From an uncultured Gemmatimonadales bacterium (lineage in GTDB: Bacteria > Gemmatimonadota > Gemmatimonadetes > Gemmatimonadales > GWC2-71-9), in contig CAWGED010000012.1 of assembly GCA_963821525.1 (NCBI GenBank), forward strand, positions 1 to 64,000: a DNA stretch of 64,000 nucleotides, written 5' to 3'. Shown piece after piece: positions 21,105 to 31,454 of the stretch. The translations under genes and the position numbers were made by a program. Below the pieces are notes generated by a model. It did not search any database. It had not been told where the DNA came from and saw only the letters and a list, made by a program, of their open reading frames with translations. How positions within the stretch are numbered: position 1 is the stretch's first letter; each line of letters starts with the position of its first letter.

Positions 21105-22328
21105 CTAGAGGCGAGTTGTCCGGGACACGATGTCCAGCACCTCCGCGACCCTCGCCATTTCTTCCACCGTATTGTAGCAGTGCGGCGCCAGCCGAATCAC
21201 ACCTTCGCGCAGACTGCAGTAGATCCCCGCCTCGCGCAGCGCGTGATACGATGCCGACAGGTTGGGTGGAGAGACGCTGATGATCGCCGACCCACGAGGT
21301 CCGATGGGTGAGGCGACCGGGATACCGCGGCGTTCGGCCCATTCGAGCACGGGGGTGTGCACCCCGCGTAGATGCCGTTCGATGTGTTCGATGCCGAGTG
21401 ACTGCAGCAGCTCCACCGAACGGTTCATCCCGAAAAAGTCCTGGAAAGGGAGGGTCACCATCTCGTAGCGTCGAGCAGTCCCGCGCAGCAGGGGATTGTA
21501 CCGGGTCAGCCGGGAGAGATCATCGGTGCCTTCATACGCCATCCAGCCGGTCATCGCCGGATTCAGCTGCTCGATCAGGTCTCGCCGGACATAGACGAAC
21601 CCGGAGCCCCAGGGAGAGAGGAGCCACTTCTGGGCGCCGCAGGCAAGGACATCCACCGGCGTCTCGCGGACATCGAGTGGCATCTGCCCAACACCCTGAA
21701 TCGCATCGAGCACCAGCCACTTGCCGAGCTGGCGGGTCGCCGCCGAGAGCCGGGCAAGATCGATGGTGTAACCGGTAGAGAACTGGGTCCACGAGACGGC
21801 GATCGCCCGAACCTTGGGATCGGCCAGCCTCGCGTGCAGCCGTTCCTCGTCGGGCCAGCCCTGAGACGTCACCGGGACCATCTCACACGTCACGTCCAGG
21901 TTTCGGAGGGCAAGCCAGGGGTAGACGTTGGCGGGAAACTCCCGGTCGCTCACCAGGACGATATCGCCAGAGCGGAAAGGAAGGCCTCGCGCTGCGACCG
22001 ACAATCCAAACGTCGTATTGGTTGCCAGGCCGATCTCATCCACCTCCGCATTGATGAGCCGGGCGCAGAGCTCCCGTGCCCGCGCGAAGGCGCCGAACAT
22101 GTCATCGTGCTTGAGCAGGTAAGGCTTGGCGCGCTTCTGGGTGAACTCTTCGACCGCTCGGCGGGTCCGTTCGGGAAGGGGTCCGATGCTCGCGTGATCG
22201 AGGTAGATGGTTTCCCGGCTCCAGGGAAACTCCTCCTTCCGTAGAGCTTCCACGTCGTAGCCGGGTGAGCGGTGAGCGGTGAGCGGTGAGCGGGTCGCCG
22301 CCTCTGGCTTGGTTTCAGGAGTCGTCAC
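21105..22328 (-). CDS. Class V PLP aminotransferase (cysteine desulfurase-like)
   Basis: YLDHASIGP, DAIQGVG, GAQKWLLSPWGSG, RLAPHCYN; start chosen at GTG 22328. Confidence 0.88.
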   Translation of the reverse strand: MTTPETKPEAATRSPLTAHRSPGYDVEALRKEEFPWSRETIYLDHASIGPLPERTRRAVEEFTQKRAKPYLLKHDDMFGAFARARELCARLINAEVDEIGLATNTTFGLSVAARGLPFRSGDIVLVSDREFPANVYPWLALRNLDVTCEMVPVTSQGWPDEERLHARLADPKVRAIAVSWTQFSTGYTIDLARLSAATRQLGKWLVLDAIQGVGQMPLDVRETPVDVLACGAQKWLLSPWGSGFVYVRRDLIEQLNPAMTGWMAYEGTDDLSRLTRYNPLLRGTARRYEMVTLPFQDFFGMNRSVELLQSLGIEHIERHLRGVHTPVLEWAERRGIPVASPIGPRGSAIISVSPPNLSASYHALREAGIYCSLREGVIRLAPHCYNTVEEMARVAEVLDIVSRTTRL

Positions 22329-22399
22329 GGCGCCACGATCATTCGGTTTGAGTTGAGGTTGTTCCCGCTTACCGCTCACCGCTAACCGCTCACCTCTCA
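22263..22399. repeat. Inverted heptamer tracts enclosing the aminotransferase start
   Basis: (GGTGAGC)x4 at 22263-22292 and CCGCTTA/CCGCTCA/CCGCTAA at about 22365-22399. Confidence 0.82.
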
Positions 22400-22458
22400 G
22401 CTGGACGAACTGGTCGCTTCAGTTTCAGAATCAGTGCGGAAATGGAGAGGTCCTTTTT

Positions 22459-22521
22459 GAATACCGGGTACCGAGAACCGAGTACCGAGCGCTGGGGACT
22501 GAGTGCTGACGGCTGGCGGCT
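22459..22521 (+). repeat. Degenerate heptamer tract
   Basis: GAATACC GGGTACC GAGAACC GAGTACC GAGCGCT GGGGACT GAGTGCT GACGGCT GGCGGCT. Confidence 0.65.
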
Positions 22522-22592
22522 ACCAGGTAACGGCTTCTCTGCGTCTGACCGGCTCGCTACGTTACCCCGGACTCCACCGATCCGGCAAGCAC

Positions 22593-23645
22593 GTGAGCTT
22601 TAGCGGGCCCTTCACCCTGGTATTGAGCGGCGGCGGCCTCAAAGGGCTGGCGCACATCGGAGTACTCCGGGCACTGGAGGAGCGGGGTCTCGTCCCCAGC
22701 CTGGTGGTCGGAACCAGCATGGGTTCGCTGGTCGCCGCCGCGTGGGCCACTGGGATGCCAATCGGCGAGATGACCGAGCGCGGCCTCCGGGTCAAGCGGC
22801 GGGACATCTTCCAGGTGGCTCACGTGGACATGGCGCTCAAGCGGATGCAGTCGCCTGCGGTCTACCGGCGGGAGCCGCTCGACAACCTGATTCAGAGCCT
22901 GGCTGGCGACCGCACCTTCGAAGACCTCGACCGTCCCCTCCTGGTCAACACAGTGGAGCTCAATTCCGGAGCCCAGGTGCTCTGGGGACTTCCCGGTCTT
23001 CGCAAGGTCCGGGTAGCAGACGCGGTATTCGCCTCCTGCGCCCTGCCCGGCATCCTCCCGCCGCGCGAGATCCAAGGCCGCCACTACGTGGACGGTGCGG
23101 TAATCGAAAACCTGCCGGTCCAGATCGCGGCGGTGCAGCGCACCTCGTTAGTTCTGGCGGTAGACGTTGGAGGCTCGGGCGCACTCCGAGCCGAGGTCCA
23201 GGAAGCAGGGTTCGCGGCGACGTATCTCAGAGGCTATGAGATCGTAATGCAAACTTTGATGGAGACGCGGCTCCGGGAGTGGAGACACCCGACGCTGGTG
23301 CTGGTCCATCCCAGGGTCGAGCACATGTCGCTCTTCGCGTTTGGCCACAACCGCGAGCTGATCGATGAAGGATACCGTGCAACCGCAGGCGTCCTCGACT
23401 CGCTGGGCGACCAGATGGAAGGAGGCATCTACCCCAAGAAGCGGGTCGAGGTCCGGGTTGACCGCTCCCGCTGCATCGGCTGCGGCATGTGTGCGATGCA
23501 CTCGCCCGCCGTGTTCCGGATGGCCGATGACCAGCGCGCCGAGGTCATCGCACCGGTTCAGACCTGGTCTCCGCTCGATGGAGCCTACGTTCGCAATTGT
23601 CCCACCTATGCGATCAGCGTCCGGCTGGCGCCGCCGGGAGTGTGA
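22593..23645 (+). CDS. Patatin-like phospholipase fused to a C-terminal ferredoxin domain
   Basis: GGGLKG, GTSMG, DGA; then CIGCGMC...CPTYAISV. Confidence 0.85.
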   Translation: MSFSGPFTLVLSGGGLKGLAHIGVLRALEERGLVPSLVVGTSMGSLVAAAWATGMPIGEMTERGLRVKRRDIFQVAHVDMALKRMQSPAVYRREPLDNLIQSLAGDRTFEDLDRPLLVNTVELNSGAQVLWGLPGLRKVRVADAVFASCALPGILPPREIQGRHYVDGAVIENLPVQIAAVQRTSLVLAVDVGGSGALRAEVQEAGFAATYLRGYEIVMQTLMETRLREWRHPTLVLVHPRVEHMSLFAFGHNRELIDEGYRATAGVLDSLGDQMEGGIYPKKRVEVRVDRSRCIGCGMCAMHSPAVFRMADDQRAEVIAPVQTWSPLDGAYVRNCPTYAISVRLAPPGV

Positions 23646-24795
23646 TCCCGGCTTCGATCGCGCGGAGATCCTCTACTACCCTGTCCCAATTGAGGCGACG
23701 CTCGACCTCGAGTCGTCCTCCAGCGCCCAGTTTTCGAGCAAGATCCTCATCACTCAGTACTTGTCTGACCGCCTGAGTAGCCGCTTCGACATTCCCCGGC
23801 TCAACCAGTAGACCGGTCACTCCGTCCTCCACCGCATCCGGAATTCCGCCACTGCGACATGCCACGACCGGCACCCCACACGCCGAGGCTTCGACCAGCG
23901 ACAATCCGAACCCCTCGACCTGAAGCGGCAGCTCGCGGGAGAGCCCCAGATACAAACACGCAGTGCAGTAGAGTGCCGGCAGGTCTTCCTCCGGCACTTC
24001 TCCCAGGAACCGGACGCGTTCGTTCAACCCTCTCCGCTCAACCTCGGCTGAAAGCGCGTCTCTTGTGGGACCGGTGCCGGCGATGGCATAGCCGAGATCA
24101 GGGAATTCCGACGCCAGGCGTTCGAGGACGAGAATCCCCGTGTCTATCCCCTTGTGTTCGACCAAGCGGGTAACGGTGAGGAGCCAGCGCCTCTTGCCCA
24201 GGCCGAGACGGCGCCGCAGATCCTCCGTCCCGATCTGGGGGTGAAATTGCCTGGGATCCGCTCCCAAAGGGACGATGTGCAAGCGGTCCTGAACAGAAAG
24301 ACCGAGTGAATCGCAGAGGCGGGCAGCCCGAGCACGCGTCCAGCCGCTGATTGCTACCAGGGCGGATGCCTCCCCGAGCAAACGACGGGCGATCGCCCGT
24401 TTCAGCGACGACCGCCGCGCCTGTCTCTCGATCAGCAGCAGATCGAGGCCGTAGAGGATGACCCCATAGGGAATCCTCCTCCGTGCCCGGAGCCACAACG
24501 CGGGATAACCGGCAGGCTTCAGGTTTCCGACCCAGACGAACCGAGTCGCTTCTCGGTCACTCAACTCGAGCAGGCGGGATGACCAGCGCCGCAACCCGCC
24601 GAGTGTCCGCAGCCTCTCGCTCGGCACCTCGAGGCGATCGATTCCGCCCTCGAGGCCTCGTGGTCTATCTGGGGCAATACCTGTCGAGACGAGAAGTTCA
24701 TCCGGGGGATAGTGCCGTGCGATTTCCGAGAGGCACCGGGCGATGCCCCCCAACATCGGCGGGAAGTCGTATGCGAGAAGGAGAGTGCGAGGCAG
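23614..24795 (-). CDS. Glycosyltransferase family 4 (PimB-like)
   Basis: DFPPMLGGI, RLVEHKGID, EGFGLSLVEA; start approximate. Confidence 0.88.
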   Translation of the reverse strand: MPRTLLLAYDFPPMLGGIARCLSEIARHYPPDELLVSTGIAPDRPRGLEGGIDRLEVPSERLRTLGGLRRWSSRLLELSDREATRFVWVGNLKPAGYPALWLRARRRIPYGVILYGLDLLLIERQARRSSLKRAIARRLLGEASALVAISGWTRARAARLCDSLGLSVQDRLHIVPLGADPRQFHPQIGTEDLRRRLGLGKRRWLLTVTRLVEHKGIDTGILVLERLASEFPDLGYAIAGTGPTRDALSAEVERRGLNERVRFLGEVPEEDLPALYCTACLYLGLSRELPLQVEGFGLSLVEASACGVPVVACRSGGIPDAVEDGVTGLLVEPGNVEAATQAVRQVLSDEDLARKLGAGGRLEVERRLNWDRVVEDLRAIEAGITLPAAPAGR

Positions 24796-24804
24796 AGGGA
24801 CGCC

Positions 24805-25950
24805 TCAGCGGCCGGGCTGGCCAAGAACGTCGCGATAGACGGCGATCGTCCCTGAAACGGTGCGGTCCAGAGAAAAATCTTCCCGGGCAGTGCGGCGGCC
24901 GGCAGTGGCAAGCCGGGCCCGAAGGTTCTGGTCTTCCAGTAGCTCGTCAATCGCCTGGGCCCATCGCGCTGGCGCGTCGAGTGGGAGCAACCGGCCGTTT
25001 ACCCCATCCTTCAGGACGTAGGCGTTACCCGGTACCGCTGAGGCAACGACCGGACATCCCAAAGCCAGCGCCTCGAGCAGAGCCTGGGACAAGCCCTCGT
25101 CCCAAGTAGGTAGAAGGGCTAACTCGGCCAACTCGTAGAGCGGGCGGATGTCCCGTTCGAAGTTGAAGGAAACGACGGCGTGGCGGTCGGGGACTTTCGC
25201 AACGAGATGAGAAAAGGCATTCTCGCCGGCGCCGGCCATGACGAGTCGCACCGGGGTCGTCACCGAATGAAGGGCGCGAAGGACCACATCCTGCGCCTTG
25301 CGCCGGGCCGCGATGAGAACCGTTCGGCGACTGGGATCCCACTCGATGCGGTGCCGCCAGGCCTCGACCTCAGCGGTCGAAAGCGGACGGTCCACCCGTG
25401 CGGCGATCAGGCCATTAGCCACCACGGCAATCTTTCGGCGCGGAATCCCTCGGCGGCCGAGGGCTTCGGCAACGGCAGGACTCACGGCAACGACTCGGGA
25501 GGCGACTCGGCCTGAGAGCCAATTCTCGAGGTAGAAACTCCGCGGCATTTGCCGGCGGGTGACAACCAGGGGGACGGTGAGACGGTGAGTCAGACCGAGC
25601 CAGGTCAGGGCCTTCCGGTCACGCGCGGAATGGGAGTTGGCCACGTCCACCGGATGACGGGCGAGAAGATCGCGAAGCAGGGCTGCGTTGTGGCGCCGAC
25701 CGCGGCGGGCAAAGGGAAGCGCGTCCACCTCGAGTCCCGCGCTTCGCGCATCCTCCTCCAACTCCGAACCGACGGGACAAGCGAATCGAACCTTCACGCC
25801 GCGCTCGGCGAGCCCGATGCTGAGATGGAGAGTCGAGAGCGAGGCTCCGGTGCCTCCGGGCTGCTGGATTACCTGAAGGACTCTTAACCCGTCTCCCGAG
25901 GTGCGCGGGGGCTCGCGAGCAGAGTCAGCGACAGGTCGCATCTGGGGCAT
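24805..25950 (-). CDS. Glycosyltransferase family 4
   Basis: EGLSQALLEALALGCPVVAS; GT-B fold motifs. Confidence 0.85.
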   Translation of the reverse strand: MPQMRPVADSAREPPRTSGDGLRVLQVIQQPGGTGASLSTLHLSIGLAERGVKVRFACPVGSELEEDARSAGLEVDALPFARRGRRHNAALLRDLLARHPVDVANSHSARDRKALTWLGLTHRLTVPLVVTRRQMPRSFYLENWLSGRVASRVVAVSPAVAEALGRRGIPRRKIAVVANGLIAARVDRPLSTAEVEAWRHRIEWDPSRRTVLIAARRKAQDVVLRALHSVTTPVRLVMAGAGENAFSHLVAKVPDRHAVVSFNFERDIRPLYELAELALLPTWDEGLSQALLEALALGCPVVASAVPGNAYVLKDGVNGRLLPLDAPARWAQAIDELLEDQNLRARLATAGRRTAREDFSLDRTVSGTIAVYRDVLGQPGR

Positions 25951-25969
25951 GGGTTCGGTAAGATACCGC
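25951..25969. promoter_or_regulatory. Putative bidirectional promoter with overlapping -10 boxes
   Basis: 19-bp gap between divergent ATGs, CGGTA-AGA-TACCG; TAAGAT (+, 25959-25964) and TATCTT (-, 25960-25965). Confidence 0.4.
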
Positions 25970-26921
25970 ATGCGTGTGGCGGTTGTCGGGGCCGGGAGCC
26001 CGCTCAAGACCGAGGCATCCATCACGCGCGCCTGCCGAAGCCTCGGCTGCGAGACACTCCATCTCAACGTGCCGGGTACGAGCCAGTGGCTCGGCCCGCT
26101 TGCGCCGCCTTTGCTCTGGCGTCGCATCAGTAGGGTTTCACCCCGACCTGGTGATACTGACAGTCCGCGCTGTTCGTCTCGGAGAGCACTACCTCACCCG
26201 CATTGCCGAACGGTTCTCCACCGCCTTCTGGTATTTCGACTACCTGCTCACTCCCGACGCCGTGAAAGTGGCGCGGCTCGCCGGAACCACCTTCGTCAGC
26301 TCCACCCAGCATGTCGGCCATCTGGGAGCGGCAGGAGCAGGCAGAGTCTATTTCATGCCCCAAGGTGTGGACCCGGAGGTGGATAGGCCTCCGGATGAAA
26401 TTCCGGAATCGTTTGTCTGTGAAGTGTCCTTCATCGGGTCGGGGCAGTACCTGGCGCGACATGACCCGCTTCGCCGAATCGCAGCGTCGGCACGACTCCA
26501 GGTACGCGGGCCCGGCTGGACACCCCCACCAGCAGGAATTCCTGTCGTTGGAGGCGAGACCCGAGGCCTGCCCTTCACTCAAGCCACGGCAGGGGCGGCG
26601 ATCTGCCTCGGCCTTCACGCCTATCCGGAACAGGCTCTGGGCGGGTATTCCAGCTCCAACCGGATGTGGAAGGTCCTGGGAGCTGGAGGCTTTTTCCTGG
26701 GAGAGCACAGCGCCGGAATCGAGAAGTTCGCGCGCGATGGCGAGCACTGCGCGTGGTTCCACTCAACCGAAGAGATGCTCACCCGAATCAGTCATTTTCT
26801 GGTGAGAGCAGACGAGCGAAGAGAGATTGCAGAAGCCGGGCGGGCGCACGCGTTGGCCCGGCATACCTACGCACACCGCATGGAACTGATGCTCAGAGGG
26901 AAAGGGTACGAGGCGACCTGA
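25970..26921 (+). CDS. CgeB/Glyco_trans_1_2-type glycosyltransferase (frameshift near 26130)
   Basis: MRVAVVGAGSP start; VSFIGS, VRGPGW, SSNRMWKVLGAGGF, HTYAHR. Confidence 0.78.
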
Positions 26922-26927
26922 GCAGAC

Positions 26928-27920
26928 TCAACTCTTCGACGATTCCTGCAAGGCGTCCACAAGCATGGTGGACATACGGTGCATGTACGTGTGATTGGAA
27001 AGGCAGCGCTGCCGAGCCGCGTTCGCCAACCGGTCGCGGTACGAATCCTCCTGTAAGGCGCGCTTGACCTGGCCCCGCAACTGCGCCGGATTCTCGAAAA
27101 CCAGCACTTCCCTTCCATCATCGAAGTGAAGGGCCAGGTCGGCCCGGGCATCCACGACTTGAGCCACCCCGATGCTGCTGAGCTCGAAGACGCGCTGGTT
27201 GCACCCTCGGCCCTGGTGCGCGGGGTCGTCATCGAGCGAGTGATGGACATTGATGCCGACAGTAGCCCCGGCGTAGGCCCGCACAAAGTCCTCCGTCGTC
27301 GGCAACCCTCCCCGACAATAGTCCCTGAGCGAGGTCTTCTTCCAGCTGTCTCCCCAGACAGCGAGGCCAAACTCCACCAGCTCGTTCAGCAGCAGCTCGC
27401 GCCGAGGAGTCGCCTCGCCGGCAAAGACCACATTGGCGCGGAAGGGGCCCTTGGCACGCATCGGCTTGTGCACCGAAGGGTCACAACCCAGAGGCAGGAA
27501 CACAGCCGGGGTCACGCCCCCTCGCTGCACCTCCTCGGTCACATCGGTTCCCGTCAGGTACATGCGGTCGTAGGCCGGCGCCAGCTGTCGGGCAGAATTC
27601 ACCACCCGCAGATCGCCCGGAAACCAGTTCACCCAGCGCGCGGAGTATCCGCTTCGCACCGCACGGATGGCGACGGCGTCGAGTCCGAAGCCTCCCATCG
27701 CGATCACCAGCTGAGGCTTGTGGCTGTCGAGCGCTTTCACCAATCGGCCCTGGAAGTCCCGTCCGGCCAGCCGCTCGAGCCAGCCCGCCTGTTCCGGATC
27801 GAGGGTAGCGACCGTACAGCCGAGTCTTGCGAGCGCGCGACAGCGCAGGCCATTGTGGGTGTGGACGCTATCATCCTGCCGCCCGATAAAGAGGACCCGC
27901 GTTCCGCTAAATCTGCTCAC
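26928..27920 (-). CDS. CgeB/Glyco_trans_1_2-type glycosyltransferase
   Basis: LPLGCDP, VVFAG, NQRVFE, HTYMHR. Confidence 0.82.
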   Translation of the reverse strand: MSRFSGTRVLFIGRQDDSVHTHNGLRCRALARLGCTVATLDPEQAGWLERLAGRDFQGRLVKALDSHKPQLVIAMGGFGLDAVAIRAVRSGYSARWVNWFPGDLRVVNSARQLAPAYDRMYLTGTDVTEEVQRGGVTPAVFLPLGCDPSVHKPMRAKGPFRANVVFAGEATPRRELLLNELVEFGLAVWGDSWKKTSLRDYCRGGLPTTEDFVRAYAGATVGINVHHSLDDDPAHQGRGCNQRVFELSSIGVAQVVDARADLALHFDDGREVLVFENPAQLRGQVKRALQEDSYRDRLANAARQRCLSNHTYMHRMSTMLVDALQESSKS

Positions 27921-29812
27921 GAAGTGAACTCCGGACTCGGGATTGGCGGACGCCCGCTGCGTCGCGCGGGACGTTCCAGTCGGTGGCCCTCGTACAAGTC
28001 ACGATAGCGCCCGCCCTGGGCCAGGAGCGAGTCATGGGTGCCGCGTTCGATGATCCGGCCGTGTTCCAGCACCAAAATCAGATCCGCGTGCCGGATGGTC
28101 GATAGCCGGTGGGCGATCACCAGCACGGTCCGGTGCTGCATCAACCGGTCAATCGCCCCCCGCACCAGTCGCTCCGACTCGGGGTCGAGGGCACTGGTCG
28201 CCTCATCAAGCACCAGGATGGGGGAGTCCTTGAGGAGCGCCCGCGCGATCGCGATCCGCTGCCGCTGACCTCCCGAGAGCCGGGCCCCTCGCTCCCCCAC
28301 GACGGTGTCATAGCCCATCGGCATCTGGGCGACGAAGTCATGGGCGTTGGCCGCCGTTGCCGCCGCCTCGACCTCCTCCCGACTGGCTCCGGGACGGCCG
28401 TAGGCAATGTTGGCATGCACGGTATCGTGTAAGAGCACCGCATCCTGTCCCACGACACCCATCAGGGAACGCACCGAGCTCCGGCTCAAGGTATCGAGCG
28501 GCACATCATCCATCAGGATGCGTCCCCGAGTCGGCTCCCGAAAGCGGATCAACAGTTCGGCAATGGTGCTTTTCCCCGCCCCCGATGGTCCCACCAGGGC
28601 GACGATCGAGCCGCGCGGCAAGGCGAAGGAGACATCCTCCAACACCCAGTGCGGATGCGCCCCGGAAACTCGTCCCGACCGGCCATACTCGAACCAGACA
28701 CCATCGAAGACCACCGTCCGGGTGAATTTCGCTTCGGCCAAGCCGGGCGGCTCGGCCTCCGGAAGGGGCAGGTCGAGCACCTCGAATACCCGCTCCGCAC
28801 TCCCCAGCGCCACGGCCATCTGGTTGGGGAACTGGGTGAGCGCCTTGAGCGGCGCCATCATCTTGAGCGCGGCAACCAGAAATACCATCAGCGCCTGAGG
28901 GCTCAGAGCACCACCGCCACTGAAGGCCGGAGTGGCACCGACTCCAATCAGGAGCACCAGCAGCAGTCCTCCGAACAACTCGCTCAGCGGGGCAGTCAGC
29001 GTGGCGAGCCGCTGGGCCCTCACCGTCCGCTGCCGGTACCGGCTGGCCTGTTCGCGGAATCGTCTGCTTTCCCGTTCTTCCCCGCCGAACGCACGCACCA
29101 GTTTCACCGCGCCCAGTCGCTCGGCGACACTTGCGGTCATCTCTCCCGCTTCATCCGCCCGCGCCCGGGAATAGCGTCTCAGTCGCTTGAGCAGCGTCCG
29201 GATGGTCACCAGGAGGACCGGGGCCGCCGCGAGCGCGATCAAGGTGAGGCGCCAGGAGATCTGGGTCAGCACCAGGAGGGTGGTGCAGATGACCACGAGA
29301 TTCTGAAAAAACGACGCCAGACCCGCGCTCACAACCCCCTTGGATGCGTCGGCGTCCTGCATGACCCGGGAGCTGATCTGTCCGCTGCGGGTCCGCTCGA
29401 AGAAGCCCAGATCAAGCCGCAGCAGGTGGTCGAACAGCTGGGTGCGAAGGTCGCGCACGAGGCTTTCCTGGATCTGCACGCTGATCTGCCCGGAGACATA
29501 GGCGAGGGCATTCTTGAGCACGAGCGCTACGAGCAGGAGCAGAACCAGACGTACCGTCGCCGCCGTCGGCGAAACGCCAGTCAACAACGGCGAAAGCACG
29601 TTGGCCACCAGAGTTTCGAGCTTAGTCCCACCCCCGGCCGGTGGAGCCGACGCGAAGATCTGCTGCAGAAGCGGAATGAGGATGACCAGCGTGACGCCGT
29701 CCAGCAGCGACGCCAGGGCCGTGGTGACGAGGCCGAGGGAGAAGCGGAGCCGATAAGGCCTCAGGTACCCGAGCAGCCGGCGAGTCGAGCCGCGCCGGGG
29801 CGAATGCGTCAC
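27917..29812 (-). CDS. MsbA-like ABC transporter (TMD + NBD)
   Basis: GPSGAGKS, LSGGQRQR, LDEATSALD; six TM segments; start approximate. Confidence 0.92.
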   Translation of the reverse strand: MTHSPRRGSTRRLLGYLRPYRLRFSLGLVTTALASLLDGVTLVILIPLLQQIFASAPPAGGGTKLETLVANVLSPLLTGVSPTAATVRLVLLLLVALVLKNALAYVSGQISVQIQESLVRDLRTQLFDHLLRLDLGFFERTRSGQISSRVMQDADASKGVVSAGLASFFQNLVVICTTLLVLTQISWRLTLIALAAAPVLLVTIRTLLKRLRRYSRARADEAGEMTASVAERLGAVKLVRAFGGEERESRRFREQASRYRQRTVRAQRLATLTAPLSELFGGLLLVLLIGVGATPAFSGGGALSPQALMVFLVAALKMMAPLKALTQFPNQMAVALGSAERVFEVLDLPLPEAEPPGLAEAKFTRTVVFDGVWFEYGRSGRVSGAHPHWVLEDVSFALPRGSIVALVGPSGAGKSTIAELLIRFREPTRGRILMDDVPLDTLSRSSVRSLMGVVGQDAVLLHDTVHANIAYGRPGASREEVEAAATAANAHDFVAQMPMGYDTVVGERGARLSGGQRQRIAIARALLKDSPILVLDEATSALDPESERLVRGAIDRLMQHRTVLVIAHRLSTIRHADLILVLEHGRIIERGTHDSLLAQGGRYRDLYEGHRLERPARRSGRPPIPSPEFTS

Positions 29813-29819
29813 GGAGGAA

Positions 29820-31388
29820 CTACGAGCCACGGCGGGGTTGGAGCAGCGCGATGGGGAGCACCATTTCTTCGGGAGTCACACCGCCATGAAGAAACGCGCC
29901 CCGGTAGCGCGCCTGATATTCCCTGAGCTTCGTGGGATAGACGAAGAACCGGTCTCCGGTGGCGAGCAGCATCCGGGTCCCCGGTGTGCGCGGCGGGAGG
30001 CCCCAGGCGGTCAGGTCGTCCACCGCAATCGCAGCCTCCCGCTCCTGGGCTCGAAGATCCTCTCCGAACTTGTAGCGCAGGTTCGCCGTCGCGTCCCGGC
30101 GAGCGTAGACCGTGCCCGGAGTGTGGCAGTGGATCGACCCATGATCGGTCGTGAGCAACACCGGCACGGAGCGACGCTCGGCTTCCCGCAAGGCGTGCCA
30201 CAGGGAGGAACGCTCAAACCAGGTCCGGGTCAGGCTGCGAAGGGCCGAGGTATCCCGCGCCACCTCGAACAGCGTCGAATTCTCGGTCCGACCGTGGGTA
30301 AGCTGATCAATGAAGTTGAAGACCAGCGCCGTCACTCCCTCCTGCGCGAGGTGGGCAGGGAGTCGAGTCAGCAGGGCCTCACCGTCGGCGGCGGTGAAGA
30401 CCTTTTCATAGTGCACCGGCACCGGCTTGCCCGTCAGGTCTTTGAACTGCTCGGTCATCAACTCCGCTTCGTGCGCGTTGAGGCTCGCGTCGTCGCTGTC
30501 GCGCCACCACGCAGGGTGGCGAGTGGCGAGCTCCGAGGGGAAGAGACCGCTGAAGATCGCATTCCGCGCGAAGGGAGTCGCGGTGGGGAGAATCGAGAAG
30601 TAGTAGGCCGTCTCGATATCGAAGCGGGAGCTGACCAGTGGGCGAATGGCCTCCCATTGATCGAGCCGGAGACAATCCACCACGACCAGCATCGCCTTGC
30701 CGTGCTGGCGATAGAGCGGCAGGAGGAACTCGGCGCCGATGTCGACGCTGAGAGGTGGGCGGTCCCCTCCACCCTCTTTGAGCCAGCGGGGATAGTGCTG
30801 CTCGATGAACCGGGCGAAATCCTGCCGCATGCTGATCTGCAGCGTACGCAGAGCCTCGGAGAGTCCCGGCTCGTCCGCCTCGCCCAGCCGGACCTCCCAC
30901 GTCGCCAGCTCGGCCGCGAGCTCCATCCACTCCCGCCACGCCATCGGCGAACCCCGGCGTGATTCCAGATCCCGGAAGCGGGTCGCGAAGTCCCGCGAGA
31001 GTCGCTGCTGGCGGATGCGGTCCCCGTCCAGAAGCCGGGTCACGACACTGAGGATCTGCCGAGGGTTCACCGGCTTGACGAGGTAGTCGGCGATCTCGGA
31101 CCCGATGGCGTCCTTGAGGGTACCGGCTTCCTCGCTCTTGGTCACCATGACGATCGGCATGGCGTGATCGATTCCCCGGATCGCCTGAAGCAGCTCGAGG
31201 CCGCGGCGACCCGGCATGTGCTCATCCAGCAGGACCACGCCGTAGGGCTGGCGCTGCAGGAGGACGAGAGCGTCGTCTCCGTGCGCCGCCTTGTCCACGG
31301 TGAACCCCTGCTCCTCGAGGAACATGGTATGCGAGGTAAGGGTCTCGACCTCATCGTCGACCCAGAGAATTCGTTTCGGGCGAGGCAT
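29820..31388 (-). CDS. PorX-like response regulator (REC + PglZ/alkaline-phosphatase domain)
   Basis: ILWVDDE, VDCLRLDQW, SILPTATPFARNAIFSG, TTDHGS, HGGVTPEEM. Confidence 0.88.
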   Translation of the reverse strand: MPRPKRILWVDDEVETLTSHTMFLEEQGFTVDKAAHGDDALVLLQRQPYGVVLLDEHMPGRRGLELLQAIRGIDHAMPIVMVTKSEEAGTLKDAIGSEIADYLVKPVNPRQILSVVTRLLDGDRIRQQRLSRDFATRFRDLESRRGSPMAWREWMELAAELATWEVRLGEADEPGLSEALRTLQISMRQDFARFIEQHYPRWLKEGGGDRPPLSVDIGAEFLLPLYRQHGKAMLVVVDCLRLDQWEAIRPLVSSRFDIETAYYFSILPTATPFARNAIFSGLFPSELATRHPAWWRDSDDASLNAHEAELMTEQFKDLTGKPVPVHYEKVFTAADGEALLTRLPAHLAQEGVTALVFNFIDQLTHGRTENSTLFEVARDTSALRSLTRTWFERSSLWHALREAERRSVPVLLTTDHGSIHCHTPGTVYARRDATANLRYKFGEDLRAQEREAAIAVDDLTAWGLPPRTPGTRMLLATGDRFFVYPTKLREYQARYRGAFLHGGVTPEEMVLPIALLQPRRGS

Positions 31389-31454
31389 GGATGAATTATA
31401 GGCAAGACCGCACCCCGGCGGGCGGGTGGGCAGGAGTCAGGCTAGCTTATTCCG

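Noticed and set aside
29820..31388. PglZ domain as BREX defence
   Set aside because: It is fused to a REC domain as in PorX, and no brx genes are present.
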